Shown here: positions 16,610 through 25,888 of the stretch, in pieces
Numbering within the stretch: position 1 is the first letter of the stretch
Layout: each line of letters begins with the position of its first letter
From: a virus
Taxonomy: Duplodnaviria; Caudoviricetes
Virus record (IMG/VR): IMGVR_UViG_3300037510_000211
Span: 1-35,838 of that record
Direction: 5' to 3' (one strand)
Length of the DNA stretch: 35,838 bases
Made by a program: the position numbers and the translations under genes
Notes under the pieces: generated by a model
Seen by the model: only the letters and a program-made list of their open reading frames with translations
Databases searched by the model: none
What the model was told of the DNA's origin: nothing

Positions 16610-18589
16610 ATGCAGACATTCGACGTGACCCTCGGGTCGCAGGACGCCCAGATCTTCGCCCCGACCAGCGCCACCTTCGACCCGGCCGTCTTCCGGGCGG
16701 TCTTCCCCTCCGGCCAGCTCTACGGGCTCGACGTGGAGGGCACCTACATGGACGACCTGGGCCAGTGGGGCGAGGGGTTCCGGGTCCGGCTCGTGCAGTT
16801 CGCCACGGTCGGCTACGCCTGGGTGCTCGACCTCGCCGACCCGGCCCAGAAGCAGGCGGCGGCCGAGCTGCTGGCCGACGAGACCGTCTCCTTCTGCTCG
16901 CACTCGAACATGGACGTGCTCTCGGTCTGGGTCGCCTTCGGCATCGACATCACCGACCGGAACGTCGACACGCTGGTCTTGGCCAACATGGCGTACACCG
17001 ACCGGCTCGGCGATCGGGACCTGAAGACGCTGACCTCCGAGCTGATCGGCCCCGAGCTGGCGGCGGCCGAGACCGATCTCCACCGGGTTTTCCACAGCCT
17101 GTGGACCGGCAAGAAGAACGCCACCACGGCCGAGGTGCAGAAGCACGGCTGGGCCGAGGTGCCTTCCTCCTCCCCCGAGTACCTGCGTTACGCCGGGCTC
17201 GACGCCATCGCCTGCCGCAGGCTGGTCGAGCTGCTGGTCCCGCTCACCGGCGCCCCGGCCCGGCTGCTGGAGGTGGAGTGCTGGCTCGCCGCTCAGGCGA
17301 ACAAGATCCAGATCAAGGGCTACCTCGTCGACCAGCGGCTCCTGGAGGAGTTGCACGGTGAGAGCGAGCGGATCGTCACCGAGCAGGCGGCCCGGGTCGC
17401 CAAGCAGACGATCGAGACCCCGCTCTCTGGCTGCTCGGCCTGGGACGGGTGGACGGCCAAGAAGCGCGCCGAGGGCCTGTCTCCCCTCTCCCCGATGCTC
17501 CGGCCGCACACCCGCAACCGGAAGGGCGAGGACGGCAAGGCGCTGAAGAAGGAGAGCGGCAAGGGCTACGTCACCGAGCCGTGCTGCTCGGGCTGGTTCG
17601 CCGAGCATGGCGTGGACTGGTCGACCTGGGAGGAGCGCGGCGGGGCGCTCACCGACTCCGGCGCGCCGAGCTTCGAGAAGGAGAACATCAAGCTGCTGTT
17701 GACCTACGAGCTGGACGAGGCCGGGCGCACGGTGGCCGAGGCGCTGATCGAGCGCCAGAACTACGCCGACCGGTTGCTCAAGACCAAGGGCGTGATCGAG
17801 CACCTGTGCCCGGACGGCCGGGTCCGGCCGGTGCTCAAGACCAACGGCGCGACCCAGACCGCCCGCATGTCCAGCACCGGGCCGAACATGCAGAACTTCT
17901 CCAAGAAGGACACCCGGACGCGCGGCCTGTTCATCCCCGAGCCCGGCCACGTGCTGCTGTCGGCCGACTTCGATCAGGTCGAGCTGCGTGTTGTGGCCGC
18001 CCTCGCGGGCGAGACCCGGATGATCGATGCCATCCTGCGCGGGGACGACCTGCACCAGCTCACCGCCGACGCCATCAAGAAGCCCCGGCCCCTTGGCAAG
18101 ATGACCAACTTCCTGATCGTCTACGGCGGCGGGGCACCGGCGCTGATGGCGCAGGGCGGGGTGCCGATCGAGGAGGGGCGCGAGGTGATCCGGTTGTTCA
18201 AGGAGGCGTACCCCGCGATCAGCGACCTGGCCGAGGACATGGGCCACTACACCAGCTCGATCCGGACCGTCTCGGGTCGCCGGTTGGAGGTCGGCCGGAC
18301 GCCTGACGGCGGCACGCGCTCGTACGCCAACATCAACTACCTGGTGCAGTCCAGCGCCCGAGACCTGCTGGTCGAGGCGTGGTACCGCTTCGCCCACGAC
18401 TACGGCCGGGGCGACCTGGTGTGGTTGCCGATCCACGACGAGCTGGTGCTCCAGGTGCCGGAGGCCGAGGTCGAGCAGGTGACCAAGGAGATCGAGGCGT
18501 GCATGACCTTCGACTTCATGGGCGTGCCGATCACCGCCTCGGCGGCCGTGCTGCGCGACGAGCAGGGGGTCTCGCGATGGGGGAAGTGA
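16610..18589 (+). CDS. polA: DNA polymerase family A with 3'-5' exonuclease
   Basis: Exo motifs DVE and YAGLDA; motif A SADFDQVELR, motif B RPLGKMTNFLIVYG, motif C IHDEL; GAAAGG RBS. Confidence 0.95.
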   Translation: MQTFDVTLGSQDAQIFAPTSATFDPAVFRAVFPSGQLYGLDVEGTYMDDLGQWGEGFRVRLVQFATVGYAWVLDLADPAQKQAAAELLADETVSFCSHSNMDVLSVWVAFGIDITDRNVDTLVLANMAYTDRLGDRDLKTLTSELIGPELAAAETDLHRVFHSLWTGKKNATTAEVQKHGWAEVPSSSPEYLRYAGLDAIACRRLVELLVPLTGAPARLLEVECWLAAQANKIQIKGYLVDQRLLEELHGESERIVTEQAARVAKQTIETPLSGCSAWDGWTAKKRAEGLSPLSPMLRPHTRNRKGEDGKALKKESGKGYVTEPCCSGWFAEHGVDWSTWEERGGALTDSGAPSFEKENIKLLLTYELDEAGRTVAEALIERQNYADRLLKTKGVIEHLCPDGRVRPVLKTNGATQTARMSSTGPNMQNFSKKDTRTRGLFIPEPGHVLLSADFDQVELRVVAALAGETRMIDAILRGDDLHQLTADAIKKPRPLGKMTNFLIVYGGGAPALMAQGGVPIEEGREVIRLFKEAYPAISDLAEDMGHYTSSIRTVSGRRLEVGRTPDGGTRSYANINYLVQSSARDLLVEAWYRFAHDYGRGDLVWLPIHDELVLQVPEAEVEQVTKEIEACMTFDFMGVPITASAAVLRDEQGVSRWGK

Positions 18590-19059
18590 TCGACGGCCGG
18601 TGGCGCTACGACCGACCGACCCCGACGCCGGGCAAGGTGTGCAAGGAGGCCGACACCGAGGCGCACCGCAAGCGCCCGGCGCCTCACCCCGGACCGCGCT
18701 GCGCGACCTGCCACAAGGCCGCTACGCGCTCCAGGAAGCGCCAGGCACACCAGACCAACACCCGGCGCGTCTACGGGCTCCTGGAGGGCGACTACGAGGC
18801 CCTGTACGCGGCACAGGGCGGGCGCTGCTACGGCTGTCGCCGGGCCTCGGGCAAGCTGAAGGCCCTTGCCGTCGACCACGACCACCGGTGTCCCGAAGGC
18901 CACCCGGTCAAGCAGGGGTGCCGCAAGTGCGTGCGGGGCCTGCTCTGCTCGACGTGCAACCGGCTGATCGGGCACCTGCGCGACGACCCGATTGCGTTCG
19001 AGCGGTTCGCCGAGTACCTGCGCCACCCACCTGCACAGGGTGTGCTCTGGCGTGTATGA
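18586..19059 (+). CDS. Recombination endonuclease VII
   Basis: YGL...Y..LY.AQGGRCYGC, LAVDHDH, VRGLLCSTCN; start at GTG 18586 or ATG 18577. Confidence 0.92.
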   Translation: MIDGRWRYDRPTPTPGKVCKEADTEAHRKRPAPHPGPRCATCHKAATRSRKRQAHQTNTRRVYGLLEGDYEALYAAQGGRCYGCRRASGKLKALAVDHDHRCPEGHPVKQGCRKCVRGLLCSTCNRLIGHLRDDPIAFERFAEYLRHPPAQGVLWRV

Positions 19060-19068
19060 TGTTTACAG
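19052..19068 (+). promoter_or_regulatory. Junction motif copy 4 (GTGTATGATGTTTACAG)
   Basis: Contains the endoVII stop; followed by hairpin GATCGGGCCT/AGGCCCGATC (19068-19102). Confidence 0.7.
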
Positions 19069-19146
19069 ATCGGGCCTGCTGGCTGTGGGCCGAGGCCCGA
19101 TCGCAGAGCTTCGTCAGGGGTGACGAGGGAGAGCGGGGTGTAGGGC

Positions 19147-19482
19147 GTGGAGCGGAACGATCTGCGGGTCGCGCTGCTCCACGCCCTCGGGGACGGTGCC
19201 ACCTTCGCGATGGTGGACCGGATGCTCGCCTGGATGAGCGAGCACCACCGAGGCATTCTGGTGGAGAACATCGGCGGCCTCTCCGAGGTTGCGGCCATGC
19301 TCGGCCGGAAGAAGCAGACCGTGTGCAACTGGATCTCCCGGGACACGCACTCGTGCCCGGCCCCCATCGCCACCATCGCGTCGACCAAGCTCTATGATCT
19401 TGACCAGTGGCGCGTGTGGGCGGCCGGTCACCCTGAGCTTACGAAAGCTTACGAAACGGACGAGGTGACCCATGGCGAGTGA
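19147..19482 (+). CDS. HTH DNA-binding protein (AlpA/MerR-like)
   Basis: IGGLSEVAAMLGRKKQTVCNW...PAPIA...LYDLDQWRVW. Confidence 0.8.
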   Translation: MERNDLRVALLHALGDGATFAMVDRMLAWMSEHHRGILVENIGGLSEVAAMLGRKKQTVCNWISRDTHSCPAPIATIASTKLYDLDQWRVWAAGHPELTKAYETDEVTHGE

Positions 19483-19948
19483 GCGGCTGGCCGGGCGCAA
19501 CGGCCTGATCTGGGCGGGCTACGTCGCGGGCAAGAACCAGGAGACGCTGGCCGAGGAGCACGGCATCACCCGCGAGCGCGTCTCGCAGATCCTCGCCGAG
19601 GTGCGCGCCTCGATCCCGGAGACGACCAAGGAGGAGATCTTCCAGCGCGAGCTGGACTTCCTGGAGCGTCTGCGGGTCGAGATGCTGGCCGACGCCCAGG
19701 CCCCGCTTCCGCCCGCCTTCAGCCAGCGCGGCGCGATCCTGGTCGACGACGAGGGCAATGTGGTGCGCGATCGCTCCGCCCGGTACGCGGCCGTGGACCG
19801 GGCCATGAAGCTGCACGAGCGGGTGTCGAAGATGGTCGGGCTCGACGCTGCGACCAAGGCCGATGTGACGGTCACCGACGCGGCCAACGAGAAGTCGAAG
19901 CAGGCGGCGGCCGAGGCCATGGCCCGGCTGCACGGGGCGCAGGAGTAG
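19472..19948 (+). CDS. terS: Terminase small subunit
   Basis: N-terminal HTH (QETLAEEHGITRERVSQIL), ERVSKMVGLDA; immediately before TerL. Confidence 0.75.
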   Translation: MASERLAGRNGLIWAGYVAGKNQETLAEEHGITRERVSQILAEVRASIPETTKEEIFQRELDFLERLRVEMLADAQAPLPPAFSQRGAILVDDEGNVVRDRSARYAAVDRAMKLHERVSKMVGLDAATKADVTVTDAANEKSKQAAAEAMARLHGAQE

Positions 19949-19952
19949 CGGC

Positions 19953-21476
19953 GTGGCGCGCTGGGACGCGGCCTGGCACGCCCGCCTGGACGCCGAGATC
20001 ATCAATCTTCCCTTCCTCCCCCAGGACGACCAGGCCGAGATCCGGCGCGCGCTCGGGCAGGACCCGGTGGCGTTCGCTCGGCTGTACCTGGACCACCACC
20101 TGAAGGGGAAGGAGACCGGCGACCGGATCACCTTCTCGGAGATCCACTACGAGTGGGCGCGGCTGGCCGAGAGCTGGAAGGCGATCCCCTCCGAGCCGAT
20201 GGCCAACCGGCACGCCGTGATCGCGCCGCGTGCCACGGGTAAATCGACCTGGTTCTATCTGATCCTCCCCCTCTGGGCGGCGGCCTACGGGCACTGCCGC
20301 TTCATCGCCGCGTTCGCCCACTCCACCGCGCAAGCTGAGGGCCACCTCCAGACCTTCAAGCACGAGATCGAGACGAACGCCTGGCTGCGCCACGACTTCC
20401 CCGACCTCTGCTCGCCCGCCCGGCGCCACACCGGCAACACGGTGGCGGACCGGGCCGGGATGATCCACGCCCGCTCCGGCTTCACCTTCGCGGCCCGGGG
20501 CGTGGACGCGGCCAGCCTCGGTCTCAAGGTCAACGAGCGGCGGCCCGACCTGCTGATCACGGACGATTGCGAGCCCGACGAGGCGAACTACTCCCCCGAG
20601 CAGGCCGTGAAGCGTCTCGGCACAGTGACCGACTCGATCTTCGCCTTGAACGTCTACGCCCACGTGGTCATGGTCGGCACGGTGACGATGCCGGGCTCGA
20701 TCATGCACCAGCTCGTGAAGGCGGCCAGCGGTACTGAGGTGGCCCCGTGGGTCGCCGAGGAGCGCATCCAGGCCCACCACCACCAGCCGATCCTGGTCGA
20801 CGACGACGGCACCGAGCGGTCGGCGTGGCCGGAGAAGTGGCCGCTCGAATGGCTCCAGAGCAGGCGGCACACCCGCGAGTACGCCAAGAACTACCTCAAC
20901 GACCCGCTCGCCCGAGAGGGCGTGTACTGGCTGCGCGAGGACTTCCGCTACGGCGAGCTGGAGGCGGGCACCCGCACCGTGCTGGCCGTGGACCCGGCTG
21001 TCACCTCGAAGAAGACCAGCGACTTCACGGGCCTGGCCGTGGTGACCTACGACCCGATCGCGAAGAAGTGCCTGATCGAGCACGCGATCGGTGTCCGGCT
21101 CACCGGCTCGGCCCTGCGGGACTACGTGGTGAAGCTGCTCGGCACCTACCCGCACATCCGGCGCATCCTGGTCGAGACGAACCAGGGCGGGGAGCTGTGG
21201 CCCGAGGTGTTCCACCACCTGCCCAACGTAAAGGTCGTGACGCACACGAGCAGCAAGTCGAAGGAGATCCGCTTCGCCGACGCGCTGCGACACTGGCAAA
21301 CAGGTCGTGTACTGCACTCCCGGAAGATCTCTATCCTGGAGGAGCAGGCCGTGGCCTTCCCGAAGGGCACCTACGACGACGTGATCGACGCGGCCGTGGC
21401 CGGTGTCCACTACTTCATCCCCCCGGACTGGGACCGGACCACCAAGGCCCGGGTCCGCGTCGAGAGCTACGTCTAG
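19953..21476 (+). CDS. terL: Terminase large subunit
   Basis: APRATGKST Walker A, LLITDDCE Walker B, AVDPA...SDFT, ETNQGG, DDVIDA nuclease motifs. Confidence 0.95.
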   Translation: MARWDAAWHARLDAEIINLPFLPQDDQAEIRRALGQDPVAFARLYLDHHLKGKETGDRITFSEIHYEWARLAESWKAIPSEPMANRHAVIAPRATGKSTWFYLILPLWAAAYGHCRFIAAFAHSTAQAEGHLQTFKHEIETNAWLRHDFPDLCSPARRHTGNTVADRAGMIHARSGFTFAARGVDAASLGLKVNERRPDLLITDDCEPDEANYSPEQAVKRLGTVTDSIFALNVYAHVVMVGTVTMPGSIMHQLVKAASGTEVAPWVAEERIQAHHHQPILVDDDGTERSAWPEKWPLEWLQSRRHTREYAKNYLNDPLAREGVYWLREDFRYGELEAGTRTVLAVDPAVTSKKTSDFTGLAVVTYDPIAKKCLIEHAIGVRLTGSALRDYVVKLLGTYPHIRRILVETNQGGELWPEVFHHLPNVKVVTHTSSKSKEIRFADALRHWQTGRVLHSRKISILEEQAVAFPKGTYDDVIDAAVAGVHYFIPPDWDRTTKARVRVESYV

Positions 21477-21485
21477 GAGCTGCAT

Positions 21486-23051
21486 ATGATCACCGACCTG
21501 ATCGCCGGTTGGGCGGCCCTGGAAGCTGCCCTCCCCCGGTACCAGGAGGCGGAAGACTACTTCGACGGGTGCGTGGATGAGGTGTTCGCCTCCCCGCGCG
21601 TGCGCATGCTGCTGGCCAGCACCGGCGAGCGGTACCGGTTCAACCTGGCCAAGACCGCCGTGCAGGTCATGGCGGACCGGGTGGAGCTGTCGGCCGTCAC
21701 CGCGCCGGACAACCCGACCGCCTCGGCGCGCATCGAGGAGATCTGGGACGCGAACGACCTGGACGTGCACTACCCCGACCTGATCAAGAAGGTCTTCATC
21801 TACGGCGACGCCTACTTCCAGGTGTGGCCGGTGCTCGCCGACGCCGAGCCAGTCGACCCGGGCGAGACCATCGCCGACGATCAGCTCGTGGTGGCCGGGG
21901 TGGAGCTGTCGGTCCTCTCCCCGAAGCACTGCCGGGTGATCTACGACGCGGAGAACATGCGCCGCAAGGCGTTCGCCATCAAGCGCTGGTGCCTGAAGAA
22001 CGACCACGGCCAGGACGTGTGGCGCGTCGACCTCTGGTACCCGGAGGCCATGGAGCGCTGGGTCTCGATGCCCGACGCCGACCTGTCCGACCCGTCGAGC
22101 TGGGGCATGTTCCTGGAGGAGGACGAGGAGCCGGACAACTGGCTGATCGAGAACCCGTACGGGGAGATCCCGTTCATCCACCACCGCAACGACCTGCCGT
22201 ACGGCCTGCCCGAGCACTTCGCTGGGTACGGCTGCCAGGACGCGGTAAACAAGATGCTGATCACCCAGATCACGACCGCCGACTCCCACGGCTGGCCGCA
22301 GCGGTACGCGCTCACCGACAAGGGCGCCGCGCTGGACAGCTCGGGCGACGATCCCGACTGGGACGACGACACCGACGCGGACAACACCTCCGACCTCGGG
22401 GGTGGGGTTCCCTCCTCCCAGCGGTCCGGGCCGGGCACGACCCAGATCTTCGACGGGATGAAGTCGGTCGGGGAGTTCACGGCGGCCAACCCGGCGGTCT
22501 TCCTCACCCCAGCCGAGCTGTACGTCCGGCTCATGGCCCAGCTCACCACGACCCCTCTGCACTACTTCGACCCGTCCGGCGACGCGCCCTCGGGCGAGAG
22601 CCTGAAGACAGCGGAGGCGCCGCTCGTGAAGAAGATCGGCAACCGCACGGTGATGCTGCGCGGGGCCGTGGTCGAGACCTGGACCCTCGCGCTGCGCATG
22701 GTCGGCGTGCTGGTCGAGCGGCTGGACGTGCGCTGGTCCGCGATCCAGAGCGCGACCGGGCTCGACGACTGGCAGGTGATCGCGGCCAAGCAGGCGGCCG
22801 GGGTGCCGATGAAGCAGACGCTCGTGGAGGCGGGCTACGAGGCCGAGCAGGTGGACTCCTGGCTCGACCAGGAGGCCGAGGCCATGGCGCTGGCCAACCG
22901 GGTCAACCTGCTGAACACGCTCGGCGACGCCATCACGAAGATCTCCTCCGGCATCGGCGCGGGCGTGCTCGACGAGGCGACCGCCAACCAGATCATCACC
23001 AACCTGGTCGGGCAGGTCGCGCCCGCTCCCGGGACGGAGGAGACCGGATGA
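21486..23051 (+). CDS. Portal protein (SPP1 gp6-like)
   Basis: Follows TerL; NLAKTAV..MADR, IYGDAYF.VW, NPYGEIPF, QDAVNK, SGESLKTAEAPL. Confidence 0.92.
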   Translation: MITDLIAGWAALEAALPRYQEAEDYFDGCVDEVFASPRVRMLLASTGERYRFNLAKTAVQVMADRVELSAVTAPDNPTASARIEEIWDANDLDVHYPDLIKKVFIYGDAYFQVWPVLADAEPVDPGETIADDQLVVAGVELSVLSPKHCRVIYDAENMRRKAFAIKRWCLKNDHGQDVWRVDLWYPEAMERWVSMPDADLSDPSSWGMFLEEDEEPDNWLIENPYGEIPFIHHRNDLPYGLPEHFAGYGCQDAVNKMLITQITTADSHGWPQRYALTDKGAALDSSGDDPDWDDDTDADNTSDLGGGVPSSQRSGPGTTQIFDGMKSVGEFTAANPAVFLTPAELYVRLMAQLTTTPLHYFDPSGDAPSGESLKTAEAPLVKKIGNRTVMLRGAVVETWTLALRMVGVLVERLDVRWSAIQSATGLDDWQVIAAKQAAGVPMKQTLVEAGYEAEQVDSWLDQEAEAMALANRVNLLNTLGDAITKISSGIGAGVLDEATANQIITNLVGQVAPAPGTEETG

Positions 23052-23218
23052 CCCCGAGCCCCTACCCCCACCCGACACCGGCCCAGTTTGTCGGGCATGT
23101 CGGGGTGGGCGAGAGTATCGCGGCCGTGGTCTCGGCGGTCGCCGTGCTCGCGCTGCTGATCGCGGCCCCGAGCATCTGGGGGTGGTGGCGTGGACGACGC
23201 GCTGCGCGCCGAGCTTGA
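23048..23218 (+). CDS. Small single-TM membrane protein (56 aa)
   Basis: ATGA overlap with the portal stop, GGAGGAG RBS, TM helix followed by WGWWRGRR. Confidence 0.55.
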   Translation: MTPSPYPHPTPAQFVGHVGVGESIAAVVSAVAVLALLIAAPSIWGWWRGRRAARRA

Positions 23219-24152
23219 CGCCGAGTCGGTCGCCTTCGAGGAGGCGATGGAGGCCGCCGTCACGGCGAGCTTCGCCAGCCAGGTGGCCGATGCGGTCCAG
23301 CGGTTCCTGGCTGCCTTCGTCCAGCTCGCGCAGCGGGCCGGGGAGCTGACCGCCGAGGTGGTCGCGTCGCTGCGCCAGCTCGCTGACCGGCTCTTCGACA
23401 TCCGGCCGGACATGCGCGCCGAGGCCGACCGGCTGGCCTTCAAGGGCTTCGAGCTGGGGGTGAGGCAGGCGGCCCGCCAGCACGGGCAGGAGATCAAGGT
23501 CGGCACCTCGTTCACGGACGAGGAGCTGATCCAGGTGATCGGGACGCTGGACCGGCGCGCCGGGCTGAAGCTGGCGCACGCCCGGGAGATGGCCAGGACG
23601 CTGCCGCTGAAGACGGTCTCCGACGCGACCCGGGTCACGGCTACCGCCACCGGTGCGGTCAACGGGGCGCGCCGCGATGCCCGGTGGGCGGCCACCCGCT
23701 CGCTGAGCGAGGGTACGGCGCGGGCGGCGGTCCAGGTGGGCATGCGCCTGCTCTGGGTGCCAGAGAGGGACGCTTGTTTGCACTGCCTGGCCTACGCCGG
23801 GCAGGTGGTCGTGCCGGGCGCGCTGTTCCCGGCTGGGCTCACCTTCGCCGACAAGCCGTTGACGCTGCCCGCCGTGCCTTACCCTCCCCGGCACCCGGGC
23901 TGCCGGTGCCGCGTCGAGCTGTACGCCGGGCCGGACGCGCGCAACGACCGCTCGGCGCACGACGAGGCCAGCGTGTTGAAGCGGGAGGCGCAGCGGTCGG
24001 TGGCCCGGGGCCTGTCCGACTACGCCAGCGAGCCCGCGCGCCTGCGGGCGGCCGACCGGCTGATCCGGCGTGGTGCCTTCCTCCCCCCGACCGTGATCGC
24101 GCGAGCGGCCAGGGACGTGCGACGCGGGAAGTTCACCGCTCGCCCCGTATGA
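23190..24152 (+). CDS. MuF-like minor head protein
   Basis: WVPERDACLHC and PPRHPGCRC motifs; between portal and scaffold. Confidence 0.8.
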   Translation: MDDALRAELDAESVAFEEAMEAAVTASFASQVADAVQRFLAAFVQLAQRAGELTAEVVASLRQLADRLFDIRPDMRAEADRLAFKGFELGVRQAARQHGQEIKVGTSFTDEELIQVIGTLDRRAGLKLAHAREMARTLPLKTVSDATRVTATATGAVNGARRDARWAATRSLSEGTARAAVQVGMRLLWVPERDACLHCLAYAGQVVVPGALFPAGLTFADKPLTLPAVPYPPRHPGCRCRVELYAGPDARNDRSAHDEASVLKREAQRSVARGLSDYASEPARLRAADRLIRRGAFLPPTVIARAARDVRRGKFTARPV

Positions 24153-24161
24153 TGTTCACAT
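24145..24161 (+). promoter_or_regulatory. Junction motif copy 5 (CCGTATGATGTTCACAT)
   Basis: Contains the MuF stop; upstream of the scaffold RBS. Confidence 0.7.
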
Positions 24162-24192
24162 ATCCAGACCGTGACGGCTGAAGGAGGCCCAC

Positions 24193-24759
24193 ATGGCAGG
24201 CGAAGACACCGGCAACCCGGTCGAGCAGGACGATTTGGAGGAGCTGGTCGAGGAGACCGGCGACGAGACCGAGGACGACGAGGAGACCGGGGAGGAGGAA
24301 GACCCGGCCGCCGTCAAGGGCGAGCGCGACAAGCTGCGCACCACCCTGGCGAAGATCAAGGCGGAGCGCACCGCGCTGCGCAAGAAGCTGGCCGAGAAGA
24401 ACGGCGACAAGCCCGACGAGGCCGAGGACGAGGCGGTCAAAGCCGACACCCGGGTCAAGCGCCTGGCGGGCGTGGCCGCGCTCACGGCCGAGGGTCTGAG
24501 CAAGGCGCAGGCCAAGGTGGCAGTCCGGCTGCTCGACCTGTCCGAGGTCGAGGTCGACGAGGACGGGGACGCCGACCTGGAAGACGCCGTGGAGGAGCTG
24601 AAGGAGCTGTTCCCCGGCCTGTTCGGCAAGGCCGACACGTCGAACGGCCGACCCACCCCTCCCCGGAAGGTGACGACCGCTGACCGTGGGGGCCGTTCGG
24701 GCGGCCCGGTCCGAGACCGGACCAGCCTCGATCTGCTGAAGGCGGCGGGTTACCGCTGA
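24193..24759 (+). CDS. Capsid scaffolding protein
   Basis: Acidic N-terminus, coiled coil, LKELFPGLF motif; precedes the capsid gene. Confidence 0.85.
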   Translation: MAGEDTGNPVEQDDLEELVEETGDETEDDEETGEEEDPAAVKGERDKLRTTLAKIKAERTALRKKLAEKNGDKPDEAEDEAVKADTRVKRLAGVAALTAEGLSKAQAKVAVRLLDLSEVEVDEDGDADLEDAVEELKELFPGLFGKADTSNGRPTPPRKVTTADRGGRSGGPVRDRTSLDLLKAAGYR

Positions 24760-24789
24760 TCTTCTTCGCTCCGGCACGTGGGTGTTAAG

Positions 24790-24929
24790 CTGGGAGTGGA
24801 ACCTGTGAAGGGTCTACCCGACGAGAGTGTGAAGCTCCCGGCAAGGCACCACCGAGAAGGCCCTCCCGTGAAGGGGAGCCGGACGGAGCAACCATTCCGT
24901 ATCGGCCACAACACGAGGAGGACTCCCAG
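24790..24929 (+). promoter_or_regulatory. Structured capsid mRNA leader
   Basis: Three GTGAAG-loop hairpins and an 8-bp closing pair CTGGGAGT/ACTCCCAG next to the start codon. Confidence 0.55.
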
Positions 24930-25876
24930 TGGCCCGTGAAACGTTCGACAACTGGATTCCCGTACAGCTCGGGGACCAGGCGATCCAGGCCCTGTCCCGC
25001 AGCTCGGTCACCGAGAACCTGGGTCGGCCTGAGAACATGGCCTCCAACGTCAAGCAGGTCCCGCGCTCGGGCAACTTCGCCATCGCGGCCATCGCCAAGG
25101 GCGCTGCCTACGGTGAGACCTCGGGCACCAACGACTACGTGCAGATGACCGCCTACAAGCTGGGTGGCGTGGCGCGTATCGCCGAGGAAGACCTCCTGGA
25201 CACCACGGTCGACATCCTCGCCACCAAGCGGGTCGACGCGGCCCGGAACATGGCGATCTTCTTCGACAACGCCACGCTGGGCACCTCGGCGGCGGCCAAC
25301 GGCACGACCGTGCTCTACAACTCGGTCTACAAGGCGGTCCGGACCACGGACTCCAACGTCTCGTACACGGCCGACACGAACTACGTCTCCGGCTCGGCGA
25401 CGTACTCGAACCTCTCCAACACGCTGTCCAAGGTCGAGGACTCGATCTGGTTCGACGAGTCGCAGGTCTTCGTGGCCGCCTCCCCGGCGTTCCGCGCGGT
25501 GCTGCGCAACATCGTCGACAACAACGGCCGCCCGATCTTCCTGGAGCACTCCGGCGCGCCGGAGAGCCAGGGCGGGGCGAAGGATCTCCTGTTCGGCTAC
25601 CCGGTGTACTGGACCATGGGCGCTCGCGTCTCCGGCACCAACACCAGCGCGCCGTCCGGCAACCCGCTGCTGATCGTCGGCAACCGGGACCTTCTGATCA
25701 AGGGCATGGCCAAGCTGAGCCCGACGATCGCCAGCCCGAACCCGGGCTTCGCGCTCCAGCGGGCCAACACCGGCGTGGGCTTCCTGACGGACGAGGCGCT
25801 GATGAAGGCGGCCATGCGCCGTGGCTTCGTCGTCGGTGCCGCGAACGCCTTCGCGGTCTTCGAGAAGACCTCCTGA
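24929..25876 (+). CDS. Major capsid protein (HK97 fold)
   Basis: GAGGAGG RBS; AYKLGGVARIAEEDLLD, IVDNNGRPIF, LFGYPVYW, LIVGN; position after the scaffold. Confidence 0.92.
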   Translation: MARETFDNWIPVQLGDQAIQALSRSSVTENLGRPENMASNVKQVPRSGNFAIAAIAKGAAYGETSGTNDYVQMTAYKLGGVARIAEEDLLDTTVDILATKRVDAARNMAIFFDNATLGTSAAANGTTVLYNSVYKAVRTTDSNVSYTADTNYVSGSATYSNLSNTLSKVEDSIWFDESQVFVAASPAFRAVLRNIVDNNGRPIFLEHSGAPESQGGAKDLLFGYPVYWTMGARVSGTNTSAPSGNPLLIVGNRDLLIKGMAKLSPTIASPNPGFALQRANTGVGFLTDEALMKAAMRRGFVVGAANAFAVFEKTS

Positions 25877-25888
25877 TCCAGCGGGTAT

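Noticed and set aside
18586-19059. Homing endonuclease, intron or intein associated with the polymerase
   Set aside because: The polymerase, TerL and helicase motifs are contiguous without intein signatures; a free-standing endoVII after pol is ordinary.
19872-23960. Very long antisense ORFs (1362 aa here; also 32660-35539, 16148-18436, 13950-16151, 12021-13727, 5755-7347)
   Set aside because: These are shadows of GC3-biased real genes, with no RBS or recognisable motifs.
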